This document shows, piece by piece, positions 50,984 through 62,526 of a stretch of DNA of 64,000 bases (positions within the stretch are counted from its first letter, which is position 1; each line of letters opens with the position of its first letter). Under the pieces are notes generated by a model, which was not told where the DNA came from, did not search any database, and saw only the letters and a list, made by a program, of their open reading frames with translations. The stretch lies in assembly GCF_964204645.1 (NCBI RefSeq), contig NC_134034.1:9126962-9190961 (forward strand). Direction: 5' to 3'. Made by a program: the position numbers and the translations under genes. This DNA is from Tubulanus polymorphus (taxonomy: Eukaryota > Animalia > Nemertea).

Positions 50984-52772
50984 AGTTAAACCTACAAAAT
51001 AACGAAAGATGTATTGCTCAAATATAAGCGGTAGGCCTATCCAAATAGCGGCATTTTTTTATCAATTATTATGAGATAGGCCTTTTAAAGGCTAGCTAGG
51101 TCTACTGTATGTTTAAAATTAAAGGCCTAATCAGATCAGCATTTAAATTAATATTATTACGAGATACGATAGGCCGACGACGATAGACTAACTAATAGTA
51201 GGGCCAATACATAGTATTAGCCTTATTATTAGTTAGTCTATCGTAATAGTAACTATTAGTACACCGGTGGTACTTGTCTGTCTGTCAAGAAGAAGTGAGC
51301 CGCTCCCTCTCCTCGCTCACTCTACTCTTAAAAAACCCACTCATAACTTTCTCTCAGCAGTCGCGGCCGCTTCGTCAGTGAATAGGCCAACATATATATA
51401 TTTGATCTGTTGCATAGTATTGACATTAACGGCCTACTTACCGGAAAATGAAGATTGAGATCGATGAAGATTGAAAACGTGAAAGCAGGCTGTAACGCAG
51501 GCTAGCATTAAAACAAATAAGTTTGTTAGCCGCTGTAACAATTTGACATAAATAAATTGTATGTCGCGGCAGTACTACTTACAACAGCACGGAAACGACT
51601 CCTTAGACCCGATGCGCTATATACTCCGCAATCTCGAGTATCCGGTATTTAGGTGTCCGGTATCCGGTATCCGTGATATTCGAACAGCCTCATATCATAA
51701 GCAGTCTTTGAAAAGTTATAAAAATGATGTCATTCTATTCTTGCGGATTTGTGTTTTTCATGTTTTTATTCCACGTGATGCGTGTGAAACCATCTGGCCT
51801 CAGTCTTATGAATTGAAAAAAACGTTCTAAAGGGCCTCGGAATAGTTCTAAAGAATAAACAATAGTTCTGAAAGTTTGGAACTATCTTCGTGAGAAATAC
51901 AAGAAATCAACGGTTGAAAAAGAAGATATTGAAACGGAAATAGATGAAAGACACTGTACGATTTTTACATTTCTTCTACTTATTTCCTCTACAGCTGTGT
52001 TGTATGTTCTAAATTTATCAGATTCCTGGAAATTCGTCCATCAAAACACCCCGACAACTTCAAAACAAACCTATGAAAACTATTCATTAATTATGCACTC
52101 TTGGATATCTCAAGAGTTGAAAATAATTCTAAGATATATCAGAAATGCAACAAGGTAGCAAAGCAAATTCATTCGTAACTTTTGCTCTTGTTACCACTCT
52201 TTGCCGTGACTATAGCAACAGCCAGCTGATTTTGCTGACTCACTAAATCTTTGCACGAGGTCCAGCCACTTCAGCTGTTGTCCATTGTCCCAGTGACACT
52301 ACCTATCTTCTGGGTCGACACGAGCTTGTTAAGTATTGGGTGAAAAATGACTGGAAAGCGCGTGTAAACGCAGGAGAGGTCACTATACCGATCGGGTGGG
52401 AGTGGTGGGAGAGGATAAAATTAATGCTATATAGCTCCCGCTCCAGCAGATAGGCATTCTGCAACCAAAATCTATCCTCCATTTGATGTCAGTCTTCAAG
52501 CAAATGTGCACATTGATTGTTGACCACTAGTGTCGCTAGTGTCACTGGGACAACGGGCAGTTTCTCGGTAACCTCTTCTGGGTCGACACGAGCATGTTAA
52601 GTATTGGGTGAAAAATGACTTTCCGCTTTCCCGATACATTATATCCGTCCCTATCTCGGGTAGTTCTACTTCCTTGAAGGCTCTCTCCCCAATACTCATA
52701 ATAAAAAGAATGGAGAGAGTACTCTGGGAAGCTAAACTTTATTTATACGTATAACATTTCCCACTTGCTGGT

Positions 52773-54062
52773 TTAATTGTTTGTCTTACTTGGAAATAAT
52801 AAACTACAGCATTTTGTACAAATTGTGAATATGTAATTAGCTATAATAGATATGCTCGTATAACATTCAGGGGAAGGCTTTTTTAAACCTGGTGTGTCGC
52901 TGAGATTGGGGAATGTTTCCATTACCTTCGTCGTGTCACAGATGGCCTGCGCCAAATTTCCTGCAACTACCCCTGCGTCTTTCATGAGGGTCCCTCTAGT
53001 GTACGTTTCGAAACTGCTGACCAACCTATGTGAGTCATGATGTCATCTTTCCCCGTAGAACAGTTACCCAACATGAGTGTGAGGGCGCATGCTGACCTGA
53101 AGCTATGCGGTGTCTCACCTTCGTCTATCCCTAAAGTCCTTAAATAAAATCTTAATCTTTCGTAAACTGCGCTGTAGGTCAGTGGGCGTTTCAATACGAC
53201 CCCGGCTTCCGTGACTGGTCCGAAGAGATAACCTACGGATAAGTCAATCCCGTCTTTTCCCATCCAGTCAAAGTACTGCTGTAGCGCCAGGACTGGGCAA
53301 AGTACTTTATCCGGGCACCTTTTGATACTAAATGTATTTGTGGCGTCCCCTCTTAATGTTTTGCCGAAAGATCGGTCGATAACTAGGCCTGAACCATCGT
53401 TTAGTTTCTTGACCTCCTGTGATTTTAACCATGTCAGGTCCCCAGCCCTGTCCCCTCCAAAACATTGTAATTTAAAGAACGCGTCATCTCTGAAAGCCGT
53501 GGATTGTTCCCGAAGACTAGTATCTTCCCTCGATTTCTGGCCCTTCAAATAGTTCGCAATTCGGCGAAACTTTTCGCTGAAGAGAGGTTTTGCATTCTTT
53601 TTCATGACGTGTGACTTTGCCTGCTCTTCTCGGATGTATTTTAGGTATTGTGTTACTTCTGGGGACTAAGCTGGGTTCCCCGATTGGCAGGACTCGTCCC
53701 AGCGCAAACCCCTCCCGGCAAGATCAAATATCACGGTCAGGCTTCTAACGATATTTTCCACTGAACTGGTTGCCATACGAGTGTCGCAGGGGCAGATGCC
53801 AGCGTCCCGAGTCACCAGGTATTCGCAATTTGTTTTGTGGATTTTTGTCTTGCCATCTCGGTCTTTCCACACCAGGAACCTTCTAACCTCTAGAGGAGTA
53901 GCTGTTTCGATGCATCTTTTTTGGGGGAGTCCTGCTAAGAATTTGGAAAACCCGATCGAAGGGAGTTCCTGGCTTTATACACTTTACTTTCCTTTGAGGA
54001 TCTCTCAATTTCAGCAAGCCTGGCGTCGATGAGGGATACTGGCACCCACGGAAACAGTTCCT
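52773..54062 (-). pseudogene. Tyrosine recombinase (YR) of the PAT-like element
   Basis: GDRAGDL (catalytic R), GKTLRG (K), PHSFR (HxxR), HIGW, then FETYTR (Y) after a frameshift. There is a stop at 53666 and a further frameshift near 53945. Confidence 0.88.
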
Positions 54063-54186
54063 ACAATATACGAAATGGAGACTAGTTCGTATTGGATAGT
54101 GTATTATTTTAATTATGGTATATTCTTCATATATCATAATAAATGTCCCTTATTTCATACAGAGTTTTACAAAGTTGTAGTTTCAT

Positions 54187-56352
54187 TTATATATCACAAG
54201 TTATTCTGAATGCGACAAGATCCCATGGTAATCCTTTTAGATCCCTAACGAATCCTTTGGTGGTTGGGTACCACAAGACACCCTTTTCTGATTTACTTGC
54301 TACTATATATCTATCTATTTCATGTCGTGATAGTAGAGGCCACCATGTTGGTCTAATGTCAAATTTCGGAAGTAACATGGTACATACTTTAACCCTTTGG
54401 GTGTATAGGTATCTCAATAAAGATGGTGTAAGGCAGAAGGGCGGGAAAACGTATGGCTTTTTTTCTGTGTATATGTCCTGGGCAAATACATTTACGCCCG
54501 CTGATTCTAGGGAGGGGTAACGAGTGAAATGTCTCAAGATCTTCCCATCCCTTGATCGCATGGCGTTTGCGTCTGATGCCGTCAGGTCAATTGTGTGCGG
54601 GCCGAATATCTTCTCTAATACTCCCCATTTCCTAAGGTCTATGAACGCGTCCTGTGGGGAGGTTATACGCGAGAAATAATCCGCAGGATTTTCAAGAGAA
54701 GGTATGTATATTAAAGTCAGTTCTACGTTGTTGTCCATTGTAAATACGAAGATATCTTTCATTATATCATTCAGGGGTTTACTCTTGCCCCCCTGTTTGC
54801 ACCAGGAAGCAACGACGGCTTGATTATCTATAAACGCATCTACGCGGCAGTTTGATATATCGTTCTTCATCATTTTGAGACCAATAAGTAGAGCTTCCGC
54901 TTCCTTCAGGTGGATTGGTCGGTTGTCTCCGGCTTGCCAGTAACCTGCGGCGGGTTTCGTTGTAACCTGGTCATCTAAGGGTACTAAACCATACCCTGAA
55001 AGTGATGCGTCCGTCGCTAAACGGACTGGGACATGTTGTTTCGAGCGCCACCTTACGAAACCGGTCCAATTGTCTAAGAATTGCCAGTGTTGGATTTCTT
55101 TTTTCAAGTCATCAGAGATAACAATTGGTTTGCTGTTTTTTGAGGCTTGAGAAATTGCCCTGTTAACCTCCCGTGTGTACAGTGAGGCACTTGGTACCGC
55201 CAAAACGAGGGATATGCATTTTCCCGCGAATCTTTGCAGTGTTCTTAGGTTGACGAAATTTCCTGCTAAGATGGTGTCTCGAAGCTGGCATAGATTATCC
55301 TTTTTTATTTGTGGAAGAAGGAAGGCTTGTTTTATCGCATCTATGACTAGACCCAAATATGCGGCTGACCTAGATGCTGGTATATGGCATTTTGGAATAT
55401 TGAGGGTGTAGCCTAGGCGGGTCAGTACTGAAAGAAACACGAAGAGTGCCTTCCTTGGAGTAAGTTTATCCGTTTTTCTAACGATGCCGATTCTATCGTC
55501 AATATAAAGCATGTTAGATAGTGCCTTGTTCCTCAAATAAACGGTTACTGACAGACCAATAGTTTGATAAATGTATGCGGATGCCTTCGAACCAAATGGT
55601 AAAGTGTTATATGTGTATACCCATCCACCGAATATAATCCCAAAATATTTGTGACAGTTTGGTTTAATAGACACATGGTCATATCCGGATTTTTCATCTA
55701 AGGTGAATATATAGCTGTCCTCGAATACTAGTCTTGGAATATCCTTGAGGGTTTCCAAGCTAAATGGTAGGTCTTTAATCCATAAGTTTAAGTACCTTTG
55801 GTCGTGACATAGTCTGGGTTTTGACGGCTCTAATGTCAGTGGCATTACTAAATATGGCATCTGACAGTTACCCACTTCCCCACATATGGATAAGGATCCG
55901 TTTTTATTCTGTCTTCTAGGGTTTTTACAATGAATTGGGGAAATTTCTTGCATATTTTATTATTGTATATGACGCAAGGTTCCGGTTTTCTCGAGTCGTA
56001 AGGTTTCCCTTTGAAGTTACCCTTGAAGTGCGCAAAGAACTCTTCTACATCTACGCCATCTCTTACCCATGATAGGATGGTATCCTTTTAGGGGTGTTCG
56101 GCTAAGATAATTTCCCATTGTGCGACTTTAGTAGATAGCATATTTGGCTTAAAGAAAAACGGGTCCTATATAGGTAGCGTTTCGACGTCTGTCTCTAAAT
56201 CTGGGTCATCTAAGACTTCTTCAGCTGAATGGCGAGTCTGAGAAGGGGACCCGCTCAGCGAGGTCCAACGTGGTCGGTTCTTATCTACAATGATGTCGTT
56301 AGGGTTAAAATTTATGTTCGCCTCCCATTCTGGAGTCATGTAACCACTTTCC
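54187..56352 (-). pseudogene. pol: reverse transcriptase - RNase H - methyltransferase-like domain (588-codon open part 54187-55953)
   Basis: KPRLCHDQRYLN, LDEKSGYDH, LPFG and YIDD; RNase H TDAS..LKEA..IDNQ..NPADYFSR; C-terminal IDLTAS and YVFPPF. The N terminus continues with stops up to the splice acceptor at ~56353. Confidence 0.92.
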
Positions 56353-56599
56353 TAGAAATAAAGGGGGTTTATTAATGAATATAACCATGTGCGACCTCGC
56401 CAAGCAGGTCCCGATCCAAGCTGGCGTGAATACAATCCACTAGAGAATCAGTGTCTCTTGAGCTTACACCGGAAACTGCATACCCTTATGAAAATAGGTG
56501 GGGTCCACAAACAGTTATGAAAAAGTTATGTTTTGCTTTATACACTGTGAAAATAAATGGAGAAAAATAATTGGTTTTCTACACCTCTATAAAGGGGGT

Positions 56600-57843
56600 C
56601 TGTATAGGTTCCATAGAGGTGAATTATTATAACGACCGGGCCGTTTTTCTTCTTCCGAGGTGGAATTTTTCTTGGGGACTTATAAACATTTGGCCATAAT
56701 TTTCATCACCTTCCCTGTTTCAGATCCCCCAAGGCTTGCTAAACAAAAATTCCCTATATCGATTTTATCTTTGTTCTTTTCCGCCTGGCAGAATACCGCT
56801 GCATATAAACCGGCATCTTTATGATTATCTTCCCGGGCAGTGCTTGATAGATCCTCTAATGCTGCGATCAGTAAACTATCTGCAGCGCTTCCCTGATAAG
56901 ATAGGGATTGTACCCTTTTAAGAGCTGCCTTTACCCTGTGTCGCATTGTTTCGCTCCAGTTCTTCTAACTTTTCTTTAACTACCTTTAATTCCGATTCGT
57001 CATCAGGCTTTGACTCCGTCGGGGTTCGTTTTCTTTTCCCGGGAGTTGCGGGTTGTTGGTTCTGGCTCTCCGCAGCTGAGGTACTTGGTTGTGATTGGTC
57101 GTTAATTGTACCAGCGCTGGTTTCTGCACTACTATTGGTGGTCTAAAATACAAATATAGTGTCAGATTTAGTTTGATTTCAGTATAATTTACTGAAGTAT
57201 CCTAGAGTAAAGTACATGGAATTGAGTATAGATTAATTAATTTACTAACTTAGTATCTCCAATTCGTAGTTAAGTTCACATACAGAAGAATAATGTGACA
57301 TACTTCACCGATGCATACGTACGGGACGGGATATCCCGGATAACGCGGGTGTGGTTTCCCAGTTTTCTATGATATTTACATTTTACATCCACAATCTATA
57401 TTTATCAGATTATGCACTATAACTTTTGTTGTGATCATCATTATTGATCCACACCCGGGACAAAATGTTCGCTCTTTAATTTAAAAATCTATGTTACTGA
57501 CGTTATGCCATACCTTTTTTCCCCTTAATTGTTTGCCTTCTGGGGCTCCAAAATCATTAGCGTATACGATGCAGTGGTGGTTCGCCTTCCTGGCCTTTTC
57601 TTCAGTAATTGGACGCCCTGCAAGGTCCATGATCTCGGAAAGGGATTCATCAGTAACTTTCTTGAATATAACCGTCGCTTCCTGTAAGCTCAACTGTTCT
57701 GTACTATCTTTTGAGTGTCTCGCCATAGGTGATGTCGTTGGTGCGTCATTCCGAAGGGCTCTCACAACCGGCAGTATGCTACGTCCTATCAAGGTGTGTC
57801 CTTTTTCAAGGTTGCCATCTGGAAAGTATAAGACTGAAGGCAT
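56600..57843 (-). pseudogene. gag-like ORF1 of the PAT-like element, apparently spliced
   Basis: ORF 57481-57843 has a GT donor near 57513 and an acceptor at 57143. Then come an S/T/Q-rich tract, PGKRKR and a helical domain (LLIAALEDL), with a frameshift near 56935. Confidence 0.55.
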
Positions 57844-58479
57844 GACAAATCGTTACTACAGTTATAGATATTGAATTTATCCTCAAAAGTAATTATTCAG
57901 AATAAATCGTCTAAAATTGTCAAGTGACTGTCCAAAAGTAATTAACTATGACTACAATGAATTTTGGTCGGATATTCTGCATTAATTATCATATTCATGG
58001 TTAACCTTTACTACAAAGTGTGAGCAAATTATAAGTATGCTATGTACAAAAAAATCTTACTTCAATCTTGTTCCCTGAAGACCCGAGTTACAATACTGTC
58101 GTCGACGTATGTACCTGCAGTGAATGTGATCTGGAAACCATGAAGTTTTATATACCCCATGCTACAACTATGAACTGGAAAGATTGGTCTTTTCTATTTC
58201 GGAATGCCTCTTTTGAATATCTATTTGTATTTCTATTACCACGGAAACATATATGTCCTGTGTGCACCCGGCCTTGAAGGCTTAAAAGTGTCAATGTATT
58301 AAAGGATAGTGAAATAGCTGTTTCCAAGCGTCCTTACATATATTATTTCTACATGACTCCAATCCAATAGAAAATTGTGTGGTTGGGCACATTTCAAAAC
58401 AGAATTCCAGGCCCCGATTCTTGGGTTAAAATTTGTAAATTACACGAGACTTACCTGTAAGTTGAAGTGGAATTCAGAT

Positions 58480-59298
58480 TCTGTTTTCTCCCTTTCAAGG
58501 GTTCTATAATGTAGTTTCCCATATTCTACCCCAGGGAGTGCCGACACAAGAGAACCAATTACCTCCGCCACTGATCTAATAGTTTGCTCTGTTTTTTGGA
58601 TAGCTAATGCACACATTTGCCTGATTTTTTCCCCTTCTGTGTGAGCTTTACTGACATAGAGATAGAATCGAGAGCAAAACCCAGTGTCTCAATTGAGGTA
58701 TTAGGTTCCAAGCAAGATTTGACTGGGTGGACAACAAATCCAAATTTATTCAGTAAGTCTACCGTTTCTGGAGTTTCTTGTGCCCTTGGGCTCTAGGGAT
58801 CGAGTAGTGTGCATCTTTAATATCCAGCGATGCCATGTAGCACCCTGGCCGCATCATTTGAATGATGGTTTCAAGCCCCTCCATTTTGAAATGATGGTAT
58901 TCAATATAGTCGTTAAGTTTAGAGAGGTTAAGAATCATACGGAATTGCCCATCTGGCTTCGGTCGTACAAATATGTTTGACAAGAACTCGCCTTGCTCAT
59001 GGCAGCAAATCTCTAAGACACCTTTAGTCTGCAGTTTAGCAACTTCCGAATCTATGACGGTTTCTTCTTTATTATTAAATTTAATCCCCTTAGGGGCTCT
59101 ACACATGGGTAGGCCTGTTAATTCAAGTTTATAGCCGTTTTTGATGATTTCTAGAATAAAGGGGTCCGAAGTGATATTCCGCCAATTTTCTAGGCACTTT
59201 GTAACGCCACCTGCTTTAAATGCCTGAACGTTCTTTACTGCCATTTGCAAGGTGTTCTTGACGAACGAGTCACAAGAGTCTGATATTTCACTTACCAA
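58480..59298 (-). pseudogene. DIRS1-like RT, internally deleted (YxDD region lost)
   Basis: FLSNIFVRPKPDGQFRMILNL..HFKME..LDIKDAHYSIP jumps to LLNKFGFVVHPVKS..LGFALDS. Confidence 0.85.
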
Positions 59299-60499
59299 GG
59301 GTTTTATACCTACTGGTTGTCCACTTTGGGCTTCTTTGACATTTTCTGCTAATAATGCTGGGGTTTCCCCCGTTTTCCTTTCTGATACGGATAGCGTTGT
59401 TGTTGGTATCCGCTGCCGCGATAGTACTGCGGGTTGCCGTATTGTGTGTTGTTGTACTGACCGTTGTACTGGGGCCCCTGGCCCCGACCTCGCCAGTTTT
59501 TTGAGTCAACAGTTTTTGTTGGTTCTGCTGGGAAGGTATAGCTGGCTTCCTTACTAATACCTCCTTACTAATATCATCCGACTGTTTGACGTCTTTCAAC
59601 AGTTTTGCCAGATCATCCCCAAAAAGCCACTTCGTGACTTCGACGTTCTCGTCACAGAGTCTAGAGGCGTATTGTCTTTTCAACACTGGCCTAATTAATT
59701 CTCTCCTTCTCAGGGATAATTCATGGACGCTATGTCCTATCAATCCCAGACAGTCGGTCAGCATAGGTATAACGGATGCGACATCTTTCCCATTAACCAA
59801 CTGGTCAGTAGCTTGAGCTACTGCCGAGCCTGCTTTAATAAGAACGGCCTGGTTTGCTGATGCCGCGAGGTCCGAGCCCCTCTTGTACTTATCTAATAAT
59901 TGCCAGATTGCGGCATTGACCCTTGGCACTATCATGTTGCTACAGTTTTCGGGTCTTAAGTATTCTTTATTTTTCACTGTTTCCTTGGGCATACTCTTGC
60001 CGAATCTCCGATTCGCGACCTTGGCCACTTTAGGTTCAATTGACGGCCCATAGGCCTCGTCGTCAGATCCTTGATCATCGATACTATCGAGAAGTGTTTG
60101 TTTGTCTGTGGGAGCTTGGTGTAATTTAGCCACCAGGTCCCTCACATCCGCATCATCCTCGTCACTTTGAGGTTCTCTCTCCTCCTCTGACATGTCGTGG
60201 TGGGGTTTTACCCCTGAGTTTGGCTTTCGCCTTTTGTTTGGATTTACCCAAGAATCACCTTTCGGTGGTTTTTGCGCATCTAGCGCCTGTTTAATCGCTT
60301 CCGCTATGAAGCCTTTCAGGTCATTATTAAGACCGGAGGAGGACCCAGGTCCTACCTCATCCACCGTTGTCGACTTGTCGAGAGTTAACTCGTCACCAGA
60401 TCTTTGATCACCAGCCGTATTCATGATAATGGTGGGAACAAAGTTCAGAATAACAATTATATCCAACGAAAATAAAAGTAATCTAAGCGATATACACAA
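59288..60499 (-). CDS. DIRS1-like gag (ORF1)
   Basis: 403-codon open frame with RPENC..VPRVN..IW, SLRRRELIRP and WLFGDDL. It overlaps the start of the RT ORF. Confidence 0.8.
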   Translation of the reverse strand: MCISLRLLLFSLDIIVILNFVPTIIMNTAGDQRSGDELTLDKSTTVDEVGPGSSSGLNNDLKGFIAEAIKQALDAQKPPKGDSWVNPNKRRKPNSGVKPHHDMSEEEREPQSDEDDADVRDLVAKLHQAPTDKQTLLDSIDDQGSDDEAYGPSIEPKVAKVANRRFGKSMPKETVKNKEYLRPENCSNMIVPRVNAAIWQLLDKYKRGSDLAASANQAVLIKAGSAVAQATDQLVNGKDVASVIPMLTDCLGLIGHSVHELSLRRRELIRPVLKRQYASRLCDENVEVTKWLFGDDLAKLLKDVKQSDDISKEVLVRKPAIPSQQNQQKLLTQKTGEVGARGPSTTVSTTTHNTATRSTIAAADTNNNAIRIRKENGGNPSIISRKCQRSPKWTTSRYKTLGK

Positions 60500-60741
60500 T
60501 AATATCCAATCGTCAACGTTTGTTTATAATCCAAGAGTCAAAGTTTTTTTAAATAAATCCGATTAAATAGAATATGAGTAAAAGCACACTGTGATATGGG
60601 TAAGTATACACAAAATAGCGCATTAACACGAAAGTGCGTGTAACCGATCTACAAGATAGAAGCACACTGATCTACAGATGGCTTCACGCATCTCATGTTA
60701 CACGGAGTGAGGAGATTGATGGGTAGATAGAATAGACAACG

Positions 60742-61032
60742 CTTCTGAGAACACTTCTGATAATACACTTCTGATAATACACTTCTGATTCACTTCTGAT
60801 TCACTTCTTATACACATTTCTGATAATACATTTCTGATTCACTTCTTATATACTCTCCTGATTCACTTCTGATGATACACTTCTGATAATACACTTTTGA
60901 TAATACACTTCTGATTCACTTCTGATTCAATTCTTATACAAATTTCTGATAATACACTTCTGATTCACTTCTTATATACACTCCTGATTCACTTCTGCAA
61001 ATACACTTCTGATAACCCACTTCTGATAATAC
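60742..61032. repeat. Minisatellite of (A)CACTTCTGAT(AAT/TC) units
   Basis: About 20 degenerate 11-14-bp copies. Confidence 0.9.
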
Positions 61033-62526
61033 ATTACTTATAAAATAGGCCTTTTATAAAACCGGACAAAGTTGACGATGAATCGGAAATATGCTTACTG
61101 GCAGCTAAACGCGACCGGTGTTTACGGCAGTCTTCAAGCAAATGTGCACTCTTATTGTTGACCACTAGTGTCGCTAGAGTCACTGAGAAACCAGTACCAA
61201 TTAAAGTGTGTACATTTGATATCCTTTGCCTAACAAATGCCGCGGCAAACTGGGCTGAGACAGACTTTATTATCTTATAGAGCTTCCAGCTCGCGCCTCT
61301 GGCGCTCGCTGTGCGCTTATCATCCTGAAAATGCCATTTATCGCCCTCTGGATCTGACACCAGCTTCCTCTGGCCAATCCCTCTCCTCTTAACAAACGCC
61401 CACCCACGTGAATGTCTTCACTTTTGGTACTGAATGGAAATCTGAGTATAATTACAATAGATTTAAGAAAATGTCATTTTCACGACCTTCAATCTTTAGA
61501 GATAATGAAACTGATTAAATTAGGCCTAGACAGAAATAGAAACTCGATCAAGAAATCAGTGCCATTGTGCACAGCAAGATCATTTAACTCAAAATTGATA
61601 TACATATTATTGATGACTGTCTTTAATTTTTTTGACTGAAGTATTAGAAACTGTTTCCCAAATGTAAATAAGTTGTGTTAGCGCAACCGTTGCCGCTCCT
61701 CGAAATTTGTTTGCTGAGGTTCCTAGTTGTTGGTTTGTATGTAATTATCGTCTGGCTGTGGTTCCTGTTGTAAGGTGTTGGTGTCTCGATGTGCTTCCTG
61801 TGAACGATCCCAAACGATCTATGCTTACGGAATTTATGGATTGATTGAAAATACTAAGGTTGCTGAACAGGGCTTTCAGAAATACCAGCATTGTTCACGG
61901 TTGCTGATCGTGAAAGGTAATAGTAACGATTGTGAAATGCACAACATACACAAGTCCACGAGTGGTTCGCAAAAATTCGATAGAATCCTTTACAAAGTTT
62001 AATTGCCAAACTGGTTTGTATTGACGAAATTGTAACAATTGTTCTAAAAACATCTTCTGATTAGTCTCGACACCACTCCAAATAAATATATAGTCCTGCT
62101 GGATGGTCTGCAAGTGCCCCTTCAGTTCAGTAAACGAATTGTGCCCCATCGATAAAACCAGTTTCATTGCCAATATGTAAAATCTTATCTAAGGTCAGGG
62201 GTTCGTTAAGGAAGAAAAATTCGTGAACTTTACGGCGATAAATGCTGAGCAAGAAATCATCCAGTTTCTTTTTTTCTTCATTGATTTTAACTGTTCGTTT
62301 TTGTGGGGTTAAAACCTTGCCTTCTCTCTTTTTCTGCTGTCTTACTCTTTGGATACTGTTGTAGCCTATAGCAGTAGCTTGAGCTGTCCTTTTAATAGTT
62401 TCTTCAACGGTTTTGAGTCATATCTCAAGTATTCAAAACACATTCAAAATGATATTTCGCTCTTTTGATGATGTTGGTGTTCCTCTCTTTCTCTTCGAAT
62501 TTACTGTGTTGATGGTGTCTCACAGG

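Larger units (their letters stand above)
41294..51689 (-). mobile_element. Large (10,396 bp) Mutator/MULE transposon encoding a USP-ZnF-transposase fusion
   Basis: ~90-bp TIRs GGCTGTTCGAATATCACGGATACCGGATACCGG.. and ..CCGTGATATTCGAACAGCC, with a perfect 9-bp TSD TCATATCAT (41285-41293, 51690-51698). Confidence 0.95.
58428..60725 (-). mobile_element. DIRS1-like retrotransposon fragment nested inside the PAT-like element
   Basis: A second, distinct gag plus a deleted RT. A DIRS-type terminal motif CTCACTCCGTGTAACATGAGATGC lies near 60690-60712 (minus strand), and an ICR-like GAGACTTACCTGTAAGTTGAAG at ~58446. Boundaries are approximate. Confidence 0.7.
52291..61185 (-). mobile_element. Tyrosine-recombinase retrotransposon with split direct repeats (PAT/Ngaro-like layout)
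   Basis: gag-like, RT/RNaseH/MT and YR ORFs in order. Repeat A at 61128-61188 and 52490-52550 and repeat B at 52574-52620 and 52306-52352 give A1-ORFs-B1-A2-B2 on the minus strand. No TSD. Confidence 0.85.

Noticed and set aside
53322-60407. Several plus-strand ORFs of 60-127 aa in the ORF track
   Set aside because: They are antisense shadows of the minus-strand gag, pol and YR frames.
61680-62520. Possible LINE ORF1/PHD-finger remnant on the minus strand
   Set aside because: Only scattered Cys/Trp hints in broken frames, too degraded to call.
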